A stretch of DNA of 64,000 nt from assembly GCA_963733675.1 (NCBI GenBank), contig CAVTET010000001.1, forward strand, positions 608,001 through 672,000. The letters run 5' to 3'. The position numbers and the translations under genes are program-made. The notes beneath the pieces were generated by a model that saw only the letters and a list, made by a program, of their open reading frames with translations, had not been told where the DNA came from and ran no database searches. This DNA comes from an uncultured Methanosarcinaceae archaeon. Its GTDB lineage: Archaea; Halobacteriota; Methanosarcinia; Methanosarcinales; Methanosarcinaceae. Below are positions 9,152 through 18,825 of this stretch, one piece after another (within the stretch, counting starts at the first letter, position 1; each line of letters begins with the position of its first letter).

Positions 9152-9931
9152 TTATTGTTCTTTCTTTCTAGAAATAGTCTGAGATAAGGCTGCTATGTTT
9201 CCGGTTTCAAGAGCTTGAGACTGAGTAACCACTATTAAATTCTTTTCACTAGCAATCTCGACAAGAGTCTGCAATTCCCTAAGTTTGATCGCTGTCGGTA
9301 ATTCCTGATAGAAAGCTGCTGCTTCCGACATTTTCTGTGCAGCTTGAGATTCTCCTTCTGCAAGGATTATTCTTGAACGTTTTTCTCTTTCAGCTTCAGC
9401 TTGTTTGGCAATAGCTCTTTTCATCGTATCGGGCAACGATACATCTCTAATAGTAACCGCTGTAACCTTAATTCCCCATGGGTAGGTGTACGCATCCAAG
9501 AGTTCCTGAATTCGCTTGTCGATACGTTCTCTCTCAGAAAGCAGTTCGTCGAGTTCCATCTGACCCAGCACATCCCTAAGTGTTGTCTGTGAAAGCGTGA
9601 ATGTTGCAAACTTATAATTCTCAACCTGAGTTACAGCGGCTCCCGGCTCAATTATCTTATAATAAACAACGGCATCGACATCAACCGTAACGTTGTCTCG
9701 CGTAATTACTGCCTGTTTAGGAATATCAATAGTAACAACTCTAAGGTCTACTTTAATCACTTTATCGACAATCGGAATAATTAGAAAAATACCAGGTCCC
9801 TTTACTCCACTAAGACGACCTAGCCTAAAAATAACTACTCTCTCATATTCGTTAACCATTTTTATGGATTGTGAGAGTATTAAAAATACAACTATTAATG
9901 CTGGAAACAACAAGGCACTAAAGCCAACCAT
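9152..9931 (-). CDS. SPFH/Band 7 (stomatin-like) protein
   Basis: EYERVVIFRLGR, VDLR, ITRDNV.V.VDAVVY, QAEAEREKR..I.AEGE. Confidence 0.95.
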   Translation of the reverse strand: MVGFSALLFPALIVVFLILSQSIKMVNEYERVVIFRLGRLSGVKGPGIFLIIPIVDKVIKVDLRVVTIDIPKQAVITRDNVTVDVDAVVYYKIIEPGAAVTQVENYKFATFTLSQTTLRDVLGQMELDELLSERERIDKRIQELLDAYTYPWGIKVTAVTIRDVSLPDTMKRAIAKQAEAEREKRSRIILAEGESQAAQKMSEAAAFYQELPTAIKLRELQTLVEIASEKNLIVVTQSQALETGNIAALSQTISRKKEQ

Positions 9932-9986
9932 AATCTACCACATCCAGTTTCATAACCTTTAGTTTCGTGTTTTATAACATCTAGTT

Positions 9987-10475
9987 TTATAATACTTGAC
10001 TGAGATTTAATAATACATTTTCAGCAGTTTCTTTCCTTACAACAAGGACCGCTATTTTCGAGTGTTTGACCACCTTTTCTGCTACGCTTCCAATAAGGAA
10101 TCTCTGAATTGCGGATTTCCCGTGTGAACCCACAACGATAAGATCAATATCGTTTTTTTCTGCAAAGTCAATAATCTCAACTGCAGGGCTTCCTTCTAGA
10201 ATAATGGATTCGACCTCAACATTTGTGGCTCTACCAGCGTTTTCGACATAAGTCGTTGCTTCCTGACCTTCTTGCCTGAGGTGCTCTCTCATTGCTTTTT
10301 CCCATTCTGCATCTATATATGGAGATATTGAATAACCCCCTACTGCAATCACATATGTAGCATACAGCTTTGCCTCGCTAAACTTTGAAATTTCAATTGC
10401 AGAATCAACTGCTTTTCGAACTAGTTCCGAGCCGTCGGTTGCAATCATTATCTTCTTGTAAACAGTACTTTTCAT
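9987..10475 (-). CDS. Universal stress protein (UspA family)
   Basis: YKKIMIATDGS; DLIVVGSHGKS..RFLIGSVAEKVV. Confidence 0.95.
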   Translation of the reverse strand: MKSTVYKKIMIATDGSELVRKAVDSAIEISKFSEAKLYATYVIAVGGYSISPYIDAEWEKAMREHLRQEGQEATTYVENAGRATNVEVESIILEGSPAVEIIDFAEKNDIDLIVVGSHGKSAIQRFLIGSVAEKVVKHSKIAVLVVRKETAENVLLNLSQVL

Positions 10476-10710
10476 ACCTGATTCTCCTTTTCTCTTTTTT
10501 GTTTCTTTCTTCCGGTTCTCAGTTTTATTTATCAGATAACTGCTCCAATTTCACCAATAAAGAAAAATCCAAAAATACATGAGTGTACTCGAGAAGATTA
10601 CACCAAAAATAAGCACTAATATGAATAGCAGTTTTTAAAACATTTAAATAAATATTTATAAAAATAATTGCGGTGCGAAACAAAGTTCTCTACGCACCTT
10701 TGGAAAGGCC

Positions 10711-11088
10711 TTACTTTTTCGCTACAACTATTACAGTTCCTTTCATATAAGGATGAATAGAGCATTCATAATTATAGGCTCCGGGTTCGGTAAACATATA
10801 TTCATAATTTTGTCCTTTGGATATTATTCCAGAAGTGAATATGGTCCCGCTTACTGCATGGTCAGCTGAGTCCATATTAGTCCATTTTACTGTATCCCCT
10901 ACAAATATTTTGACCGATTCAGGCTTAAAAGCAAAGTTCTGAATGATCACATCTACAATCTGACCACTGCTAGATATGCCACCATTGCCTTGTGCACTCA
11001 TTGCTATGCCTATCAACGATACCACAAAAAAGACTAACAGCAAAAGAATCAGTACATTTTTCATTATACTAGATAATTGTTTAAACAT
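10711..11088 (-). CDS. Secreted cupredoxin (plastocyanin/amicyanin-like)
   Basis: Signal peptide; NFAFKP..GDTVKWTNMDSADH and YECSIHPYMKG supply the His, Cys, His, Met type 1 Cu ligands. Confidence 0.9.
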   Translation of the reverse strand: MFKQLSSIMKNVLILLLLVFFVVSLIGIAMSAQGNGGISSSGQIVDVIIQNFAFKPESVKIFVGDTVKWTNMDSADHAVSGTIFTSGIISKGQNYEYMFTEPGAYNYECSIHPYMKGTVIVVAKK

Positions 11089-11772
11089 TCATTTCACCAG
11101 TTTGTTAAAATAAATAATTTTAATGGATTTTGTCTTCTGTGACCTATTAGATCTACCACAAATCAATTGGTTGATAAAGTACATAACCAAAATTTAATCA
11201 TTTCCTGAAACTTTTAAATGTCAAGTATAAATTCTTTTTATTTAGATCGTTTTTTCTACTAATTCTATATAAAATTTAGAAGCATCTGATAAAATTGAGG
11301 TGGGTCTCAAAATTTTTTAGGCTAAAGTATACAAATATTTTCTTTGAATTATTTAAATTTAATTCTAAAAAAAATAGTATTCAAATAAAACTTACTTTCC
11401 CATGAAATATTTTAATATTGAACAACAATTTGATATTAATGAATTTTTATACTTTACCTTTCTAATGACAGGGTACCTAAAAATCTTGTAGGGAAAATCT
11501 GATCGACTCTGCACACTTTTTATTTGTCACAAATTATCAATCAATCACCAAAGAAGTACTAAATTAATATGCTATTTATTGCTTTTTAATTACCTTAAAT
11601 AAGACTTACTCATCCAAACTTCCACATCAAACAATTTTGTCAATATGATACAAGTTTAATTAATTTTTATTACATCCTTCCAATAGATACGATTTTAATT
11701 TGTATTAACAATATTAGGACTTACTCATTTGAAGCACAAAATAAATAGCATTAAACCAATTATTTTATAAAA

Positions 11773-12474
11773 TTAAAATTTTAACTGCGACGTTAAAGAT
11801 ATACCTTGGGAACCTTTATCTCGGAAACCCTTATTTTGACAATTTTTAAATCCGTCAATGTATCCTTGTTTATACTTCACATTGTATCCGTCAGCATACC
11901 CTTTATCGTAGGGAATATTGCTCTTCGATGCCATATTTATATTTGTGTTTCCTCCGTTATTAGGTAATCCAGTCCTACAATCTTTAACTCCGGCGGTATT
12001 TCCGTCGTTATATCCTACATTTTTTGCTTCAGTTGTTCCAACTATGTATCCGTCCGAATAAGTTGTAGTTATGGGAGTGAAAACCTGAAGACCTTCGCTT
12101 TGACAATTTTTGTATCCGTCAATATATCCTTGTTTGTACTCTAGCTTGTATTTAATATTGTGGCCATCAGCGTATCCTATATCATAGGCAGCATCGCTCT
12201 TAGGTGCCATGTTGATGTTTGTGTTTCCTCCATTATTAGGTAATCCACTCTCACAATCATTAAATCCAGCGGTATTTCCGGCGTTGTATCCAGCAGTATT
12301 TGCATCATTTTCTCCGATTGCGTATGCGTAATTATAATTTTGTTTCGACTCGGGCCCCCACCGCAGGTTCAATGATGCACTTATCGATGCAGCTGTCAAT
12401 GACATTACAAAAAAAACTAATAGCAAAATAAACAGTAATTTTTTTACTCTGGCAAATGTTTCCTTATCCATCAT
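11773..12474 (-). CDS. Secreted protein with two copies of a Gly/Tyr-rich (GYxxG) Cys-containing domain
   Basis: Probable start 12474 after GGAG; signal KKLLFILLLVFFVMSLTAASISA; internal duplication AG..DC..GLPNNGGNTNINMA.KS...YD.GYADG.N...GYIDG.KNCQ. Confidence 0.75.
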   Translation of the reverse strand: MMDKETFARVKKLLFILLLVFFVMSLTAASISASLNLRWGPESKQNYNYAYAIGENDANTAGYNAGNTAGFNDCESGLPNNGGNTNINMAPKSDAAYDIGYADGHNIKYKLEYKQGYIDGYKNCQSEGLQVFTPITTTYSDGYIVGTTEAKNVGYNDGNTAGVKDCRTGLPNNGGNTNINMASKSNIPYDKGYADGYNVKYKQGYIDGFKNCQNKGFRDKGSQGISLTSQLKF

Positions 12475-13539
12475 TAGATCTCCGTGTGTTTGCAAAATTA
12501 GATATGTTTCTACAACAACTTGTTTGCTTACCGACTGTTTACTATTAAGTAAACTTTTCATCTTCAGATCTACTACAAGAATGTATAATTACCATCGAAT
12601 CGTGAAGGATGGATGGTTCAGTAGTCATTTATAGAGTTAGCAATATTCCTTAAAACAGTATTTTTTTGATTTTAAGAATATAAGTTATCAAATGTACTAT
12701 TCATCTTATATACAATTACTATAATATTTTTACTTCATTCTAATTTTTGATATGAAAAAATATATGTAAGCAAAAATTACATTCACAAATTAAATATGAT
12801 AAAGGCCTATAATTCTTGGGATTAGTGCCAATTTACCTACTTTGATCAAAATTAATTCCCAAATAAATAATACTTTTAAGCACAAATTGAAGAATACATC
12901 CTAACATTAATTCGAGTTATTCAAACAAAGTTTCAAAGCATAGTAAAATAAACTAATGTATAAACATAATTACATCACAGTTAACGAAAAATTGTCAAAT
13001 AAATTACCGAGTTGAAACATTTCATGGAAATCATCCTTTTCTCTTTCTGGTCTCGATTTTGATAAAGATCGTACTACGGTTTCTTCCAGAATAATTATAC
13101 CCGCTAAACCATCTACGAAGTATGCGATCTAAACCCTCCTTAGCAACTCTAAAATCATTTAAGGGAGCAAATATCTATTTATGTAACCGGTTGAGAACCT
13201 TACATCACGCCTATCAGTAGCCAATCCGTTGGTCATATTTATGTGCACAAGATTTGATACTACATCTGAATTCACGTGTCTGAGAAAATACCAAGAGATA
13301 TATTCCTCACATGGAGATAAAAGTGAAATCAATCCTATAGTTTTGGTATCAGAAACCGTAACCAGACTGAAACTAGGTACATAAAGTCAAACATAAATTC
13401 ATAAATCAGAAAGATATTGGATGGATATATTCTACTTGCGGTCTTGCAAAGTCACCGAATAAATATATGTTTATTATTTTACTGAAGAAATATTATTTAA
13501 TCTTCAAGCAATAATAAACGAAAGCTGTAAACAATATAG

Positions 13540-13860
13540 GTATTTATGGTAGTTGGAGCTGAACCAAAGTATTCTCCTTCAAAAGTCATGCAAATTATAA
13601 AAAGTATTATAGCAAGATAAATCTTTAAACAATACCCAGAAATCAAAAAACAGCTTTAGGGTGGTGAACTGTGGAGTGATGGAGGTTACATTGGAACTAT
13701 AGAAGATGGAACAACTTCAGATGTTATCAAAAACGATGTTGAAAATCAGGGAAACAGGGAAGAAAAAGAAGCATATCAGCAAATGAAAATACTCGATTTT
13801 TAATAGTCATTACAACCAGAGCGGTGGCGCGAACATACCCAGTTGCTTGCTGCGGGGTGC
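13540..13860 (+). mobile_element. IS200/IS605 tnpA 3' remnant with right-end hairpin
   Basis: VGAEPKYSPSKVMQIIKSIIAR*IFKQYPEIKKQL*GGELWSDGGYIGT; terminal ACCC..GCTTGCTGCGGGGT. Confidence 0.8.
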
Positions 13861-13950
13861 GCCAGCGCAACTTTGATTGAATCTATTTATAAAGTTCCTT
13901 TATTGTACCATGCATATGTTATCAGATTTACTTATTTAGATAAAATACTT

Positions 13951-14697
13951 TTATTGTGCCAAGCTTTTGAATTGTGGGTTAATTTCAATCGCTTTATCAT
14001 ATGCTTTTTTTGCTTCATCGGATTTATTCAAATTATCAAGAGCGGCTCCTTTATTATACCAAGCCATTGGATTCTGTGGGCTGATTTCAATTGCTTTATC
14101 ATATGCTTTTATTGCTTCATCAGATTTATTTAAATCATTTAGAGCAATGCCTTTGCCTGTCCAAGCCATCGAATCCTGCGTGTTGATTTCAATTGCCTTG
14201 TCAAATGCTTTTATTGCTTCATCTGATTTTCCTAAATTCCCTAGAGTGTATCCTTTACTGCCCCAAGCAATTGGATCCTGTGGGTTAATTTCAATTGCTT
14301 TATCATATGCTTTTATTGCTTCATCTGATTTATTTAATTCATTTAGAGCAAATCCTTTATTTTTCCAAACCGTTGAATTCTGCGGATTAATTTCAATTGC
14401 TTTGTCAAATGCTTTTATTGCTTCATCTGATTTGCCTGATAGGCCTAAATCAATTCCTTTAATATTCCAAGCCGTTGAATTATGCGGGTTAATTTCAATC
14501 GCTTTATCCTGCATTTTTATGTCATTTTCAATTGCTTTATTTAAATCAGAGACATTGTTGCTGCTGGAGTTCGGAACATCTGTAAGTTGTGCTGCACCTG
14601 CTATACTAACAAGGATCAAAAACGCCAGTGTAGTGATCCCTAGAACTTTCAGAATTGTATGCTTTCTACTTATTTTATCATATTTAGTTTCGTTCAT
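13951..14697 (-). CDS. Secreted tetratricopeptide-repeat protein
   Basis: Signal ..LAFLILVSIAGA; about five 34-aa repeats AW..KG..L..L.KSDEAIKA(F/Y)DKAIEINP. Confidence 0.9.
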   Translation of the reverse strand: MNETKYDKISRKHTILKVLGITTLAFLILVSIAGAAQLTDVPNSSSNNVSDLNKAIENDIKMQDKAIEINPHNSTAWNIKGIDLGLSGKSDEAIKAFDKAIEINPQNSTVWKNKGFALNELNKSDEAIKAYDKAIEINPQDPIAWGSKGYTLGNLGKSDEAIKAFDKAIEINTQDSMAWTGKGIALNDLNKSDEAIKAYDKAIEISPQNPMAWYNKGAALDNLNKSDEAKKAYDKAIEINPQFKSLAQ

Positions 14698-15139
14698 TTT
14701 CAGTCTCTCGATGTTTGTTCAGATATTAATGCTGAAAAATAACTACAAATTGCATATCCATAGAAAATTTCGATAAACCATTAATTTTCACGGGATATTT
14801 ATAGACATTTATAAGCATATGACGAAATTTATGTATTTATCGAAATCTGCTATAATTATCGCTGATTAATTATAAAATCTTTTGCATATTATATCTTAAA
14901 TTCTGTACAACAGTTGTAACTACTTCGATACATTGAACCTTTATTTATATTCTTTCATCATGAACTGTATTGAGTGTATTTCCACAAATGTTGAATTTTT
15001 TGTTCATACCAACTTACCTTGTAGGTTATAATATAACATCAGCTATTGTTTCAATCAATGTCGCAAAGTCCTGTAATTCTTCACGATAGGAGCTAGAAGC
15101 AATCGCTTAAACTGTTTCCTGAAGAACTAGGGCAGAACG

Positions 15140-15830
15140 GATTGGAAACAATAAACACGAAGAGCATAGGCTGATTCTAAAAAAAGCAAAATTAATCCAT
15201 AGTTGAGACGTATGAGGCACATCCAAATGACAGATTTAGAGTATAGAGCCAAGGTTTATGAAATTCTTAATATGTGAGAAATGGATTATGGAACCGAATA
15301 AACTTATAAATGTATTGATTAGAAACAAGTCAAATGCCATAATTAGAGAATGACTAGCCACATAAAGCCTGAGAACTCAGAAAAATGTGATTATAAATAT
15401 GCCAGAGTTGAACAGCAAATATATTCATGGTAATAGAACTCAAAGCAGGAAAAAAGGTGGCTCAGGTCACCAAAAGAAGAATCATTACAGATTTTACACA
15501 ATTCTTGAAAATTATCACTATCATAAAATATCATGAATCCTAATTAATCTGGTTGGTTATGTATAATCTCAGATCTACAAAGAGAGATCATTTTATGAAA
15601 CATTCAGCGAGGGTGGAGCAAAACAGATTTTTGACAAAATTTAATTTCATTACACTACTGAATCAGAGGTCAATGAACTAGCAATCAAAGTGATGTATAT
15701 GAATGTACTGATAGATTGGTAACATGGCGACATTTACCCATTAAGTGGTTACATGGACAAATAGAATCAATAGCAATAACAAAATAAACTGGAAGTTTAC
15801 AATTAATCATGCTAATAGAAAACTATTGGA
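15140..15830 (+). mobile_element. Highly decayed IS630-like transposase remnant
   Basis: Fragments read DYKYAR..ANIFMVIELKAGKKVAQVTKRR..DFTQF and FHYT, with many stops and shifts. Confidence 0.55.
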
Positions 15831-16095
15831 GTATTATTTGATTATTCATCATAAAATAAGCAATGGGTATCTTCAAGTTGATTAGAAGATACCCAAGTAT
15901 CATGTTCAATGGTTAAATTGCCCTGATGCTAGTAATGCGATTCCAAATTATTTTCACAAGCATGGCTTTGGAATATATCCCAAATCAATTAATTTACCCT
16001 TAAACAAAGGATTTATTTTGAAATCGACTCACTAGTTTTTCAGTTAAATCTCACAGGACTATATAAATTACTATAGATAAAACGAACATATATTA

Positions 16096-17118
16096 ATGGG
16101 GTTTATAATGGAAAAAATTGAAGTTAGAGAATTAGCGCCATCTGAATACAAAGAATGGGATATGCTTGTAGAAAAAGCTCAATCTGGTACACTCTTTCAC
16201 ACAAGTCAATGGCTTGAAATCTGCAGGGACTTTCTTTTCAGGGATCTCAGGATTTATGGTTGTTTCAGAAATGATGAACTTGTTGGAGGATGCCCCCTCT
16301 TTGTTAAGAACCTAAAAGGGATACTGAAAGTAGGATCCTCCACCTGTAACATGACTGACTATTGTGGGCCCCTTATTAAGGAGAGTATGATCTCCAAAAA
16401 AAGCAAAAGAGTACAGGAAACTCATGAAATTCTTAATTCACTTAGAGAATTCCTATGTAGACAGGGTTTTGATAGTATTCACCTAGTGTTTTCTCCAGGT
16501 CTTGAGGACATCAGACCATTTACATGGAATGGATGGGACTCAAAGGTTCACTATACCAATCATCTAAATCTGAAAGAAAATGTTGATAATAATATTTCAA
16601 GGAAAATTCGGAGAGAACTTAAATCTGCAGCTGATGCGGGACTAAAGACAAGGATAAGAAATGATTCTGAAACCTATTATGGTCTACTTTCTATGGTCTA
16701 TGAAAAACAGAAAATGGAACCTCCAGTTCCCAGGACGTTTTTCGATAGAATTTTCAATCTGATTCGGGAGAAATCTGTTGGTTATATGTTTGTTTCCGAA
16801 ACTCCAAACGGAGAGGCAGTTGCAGCACATTTGAACCTCTACGGAAAGAGATGCACTGTTACCTGGTCTTCTGCCCTTAACCCATCCTTTAGCCGAATGG
16901 GCGCTAATACTCTTCTATATTATAATGAATTTCTTGACTTGCAATCCAAAAATTTTGAATATATGAATGTCATGGCAGGAAACGTTTCCAGATTTGCGGA
17001 CTTTATCATTGGCTTTTCTCCTGAAGTAGTACCTTATTACAGTGTAACCCTAGATAGCAAAAAGTGTTCAATACTTAAAACACTATACAAAAGTACTCAT
17101 GTGGGAACTGAATACTAA
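16096..17118 (+). CDS. GNAT/FemAB-like acyltransferase associated with polysaccharide loci
   Basis: EWDMLVEKAQSGTLFHTSQWL..YCGP..; lies next to the flippase. Confidence 0.75.
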   Translation: MGFIMEKIEVRELAPSEYKEWDMLVEKAQSGTLFHTSQWLEICRDFLFRDLRIYGCFRNDELVGGCPLFVKNLKGILKVGSSTCNMTDYCGPLIKESMISKKSKRVQETHEILNSLREFLCRQGFDSIHLVFSPGLEDIRPFTWNGWDSKVHYTNHLNLKENVDNNISRKIRRELKSAADAGLKTRIRNDSETYYGLLSMVYEKQKMEPPVPRTFFDRIFNLIREKSVGYMFVSETPNGEAVAAHLNLYGKRCTVTWSSALNPSFSRMGANTLLYYNEFLDLQSKNFEYMNVMAGNVSRFADFIIGFSPEVVPYYSVTLDSKKCSILKTLYKSTHVGTEY

Positions 17119-17239
17119 AATAAATATTCTTAAAAATATATAAAATTGGATTTCCCTAAAAATAATCTATTCAATTATTAATTTATTGTTTTTTTCGGAT
17201 GAAACTCTGAAGCCCTTTTTATAAGATCTCTACAAATTT

Positions 17240-18730
17240 TTATAATTTTCCCATGTTTTTTTTCTTTACGTTCACAAGGAAAGACGAAAATATTTTATTG
17301 AATGTTGGGTCATCATGTAAGGTTACAACATAGTATATAGGTGTTATAATCACTGCTGCAAGGAGGAGAATATAAAAGTTCGCAGAGAGTACTTCCAGCA
17401 GAATTAACGGGATCGAAACGACTATGCCGATTGCCGTATACTTACAAAGTATCTTTACACTTTCCATTTTATTAATCCCTGCAAGGTTCAGCAAATATGC
17501 ATTGTTCCAGAGCCAGAATAAAATTCCTGTAAAACTAAAAAGGCCAAGGGCAAATTCAGCGCTTCCATAAGTCCCACCTATAACCAGTGCCATGACTCTT
17601 GAGATTAAGAGAAATATACTGAAGGTTAGCCAAACTCCCTGTTTATCGAATACACTGTAAAGAGTTGAAATGGGCGAGGAAAGGAAGACCAGGAATATCC
17701 ACGGCACAAGAATCTTTATATATACACCAGATGTATACCAGCTTTTTCCGAAAGCAAAGGTAAATATCTCACCTCCAAGAATCAGCAAGAGTATCATCGG
17801 GAATACTCCTATTAGAATTAGCTTTTTGTAAACCTCGCTAACTATTACTTTCATATTTTCAGGATCGTTTCCATTTTTAATTTCACTTATTTTCTGAAAA
17901 AAAACTTGTTGTATAGCGGTTCCGAGAAGTCCCATAGGCATATTTACTACCTGATTAGCAAGTGAAAAATATCCTACAACGCTCGTTCCGTAATAATATG
18001 CAAGCAAAAATGTAGGTACTTGTGGAGAAATCGTGTTTGCAAGTGTAGACCAAGAACTAAACAAAGGAAAATTTTTGTATTTAATAGCCATATCTTTCAT
18101 TTTTTTAAATGATATTCTCTTGAAAACCCACAAGTCATTTTTTGCGCCTTTTAGCATGAATAAGTCTGCAAATCCATATCCTGCAACGTATCCGGCTATC
18201 AGGCCCAAAGGAGATACATTCCAGATAGGGATAACTAACTGAAAAGCTTTAGTTGAAACTGTATTTAATATTCTGGATCCTGCTATAACTCCAAAACGGA
18301 TCTTTCTTGAAAGCCAGTAATTCTGCACGAAAAAAATGCCATTAAAGAAAGTTATTGCTGGGATGTAAATTAAATATTTTGAAATTCCTGGAGCATTGAG
18401 CATGTGCTCAACATCTTTTGGAAGGAATAACACAGCTACAGCTGTGAGTAAAGAAGTAAGGGTTACCAATATTGCACAGAGAAAAGCAACGTTTGCAGAG
18501 TCTTCCTCTGTTTTTGGTAACATTATAGCAAACTGATATGAAAAAGTAGAAAAGATTATCAATATACCTGATATTGAGAGAAAAAGCTGAAAAATTCCTA
18601 AATCTTCAGGGCTGTAAATCCTGGTAAGTAAAGGTACCAGGAGTATACCCAGAATCTGTGCAGTAACACTCCCAGATACGAGTTTTAATACGTTGGCGAT
18701 AAAATTTGACGCCTTGTTAGGTTCTAACAT
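17240..18730 (-). CDS. Oligosaccharide flippase (Wzx/MOP family)
   Basis: 496-aa polytopic protein; PLLTRIYSPEDLG, YKNFPLFS, VVGYFSLANQVV..P. Confidence 0.9.
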   Translation of the reverse strand: MLEPNKASNFIANVLKLVSGSVTAQILGILLVPLLTRIYSPEDLGIFQLFLSISGILIIFSTFSYQFAIMLPKTEEDSANVAFLCAILVTLTSLLTAVAVLFLPKDVEHMLNAPGISKYLIYIPAITFFNGIFFVQNYWLSRKIRFGVIAGSRILNTVSTKAFQLVIPIWNVSPLGLIAGYVAGYGFADLFMLKGAKNDLWVFKRISFKKMKDMAIKYKNFPLFSSWSTLANTISPQVPTFLLAYYYGTSVVGYFSLANQVVNMPMGLLGTAIQQVFFQKISEIKNGNDPENMKVIVSEVYKKLILIGVFPMILLLILGGEIFTFAFGKSWYTSGVYIKILVPWIFLVFLSSPISTLYSVFDKQGVWLTFSIFLLISRVMALVIGGTYGSAEFALGLFSFTGILFWLWNNAYLLNLAGINKMESVKILCKYTAIGIVVSIPLILLEVLSANFYILLLAAVIITPIYYVVTLHDDPTFNKIFSSFLVNVKKKNMGKL

Positions 18731-18825
18731 GTAATTTACAACCTTGAAATATAACTCAAAAATTTAAGTATGTTTTTTAAGTCAGATGATCAATAAGTAA
18801 ACAAAGTTTTCTATGGATTTAATAT

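Noticed and set aside
13967-14776. 269-aa + strand repeat ORF
   Set aside because: Antisense shadow of the TPR gene.
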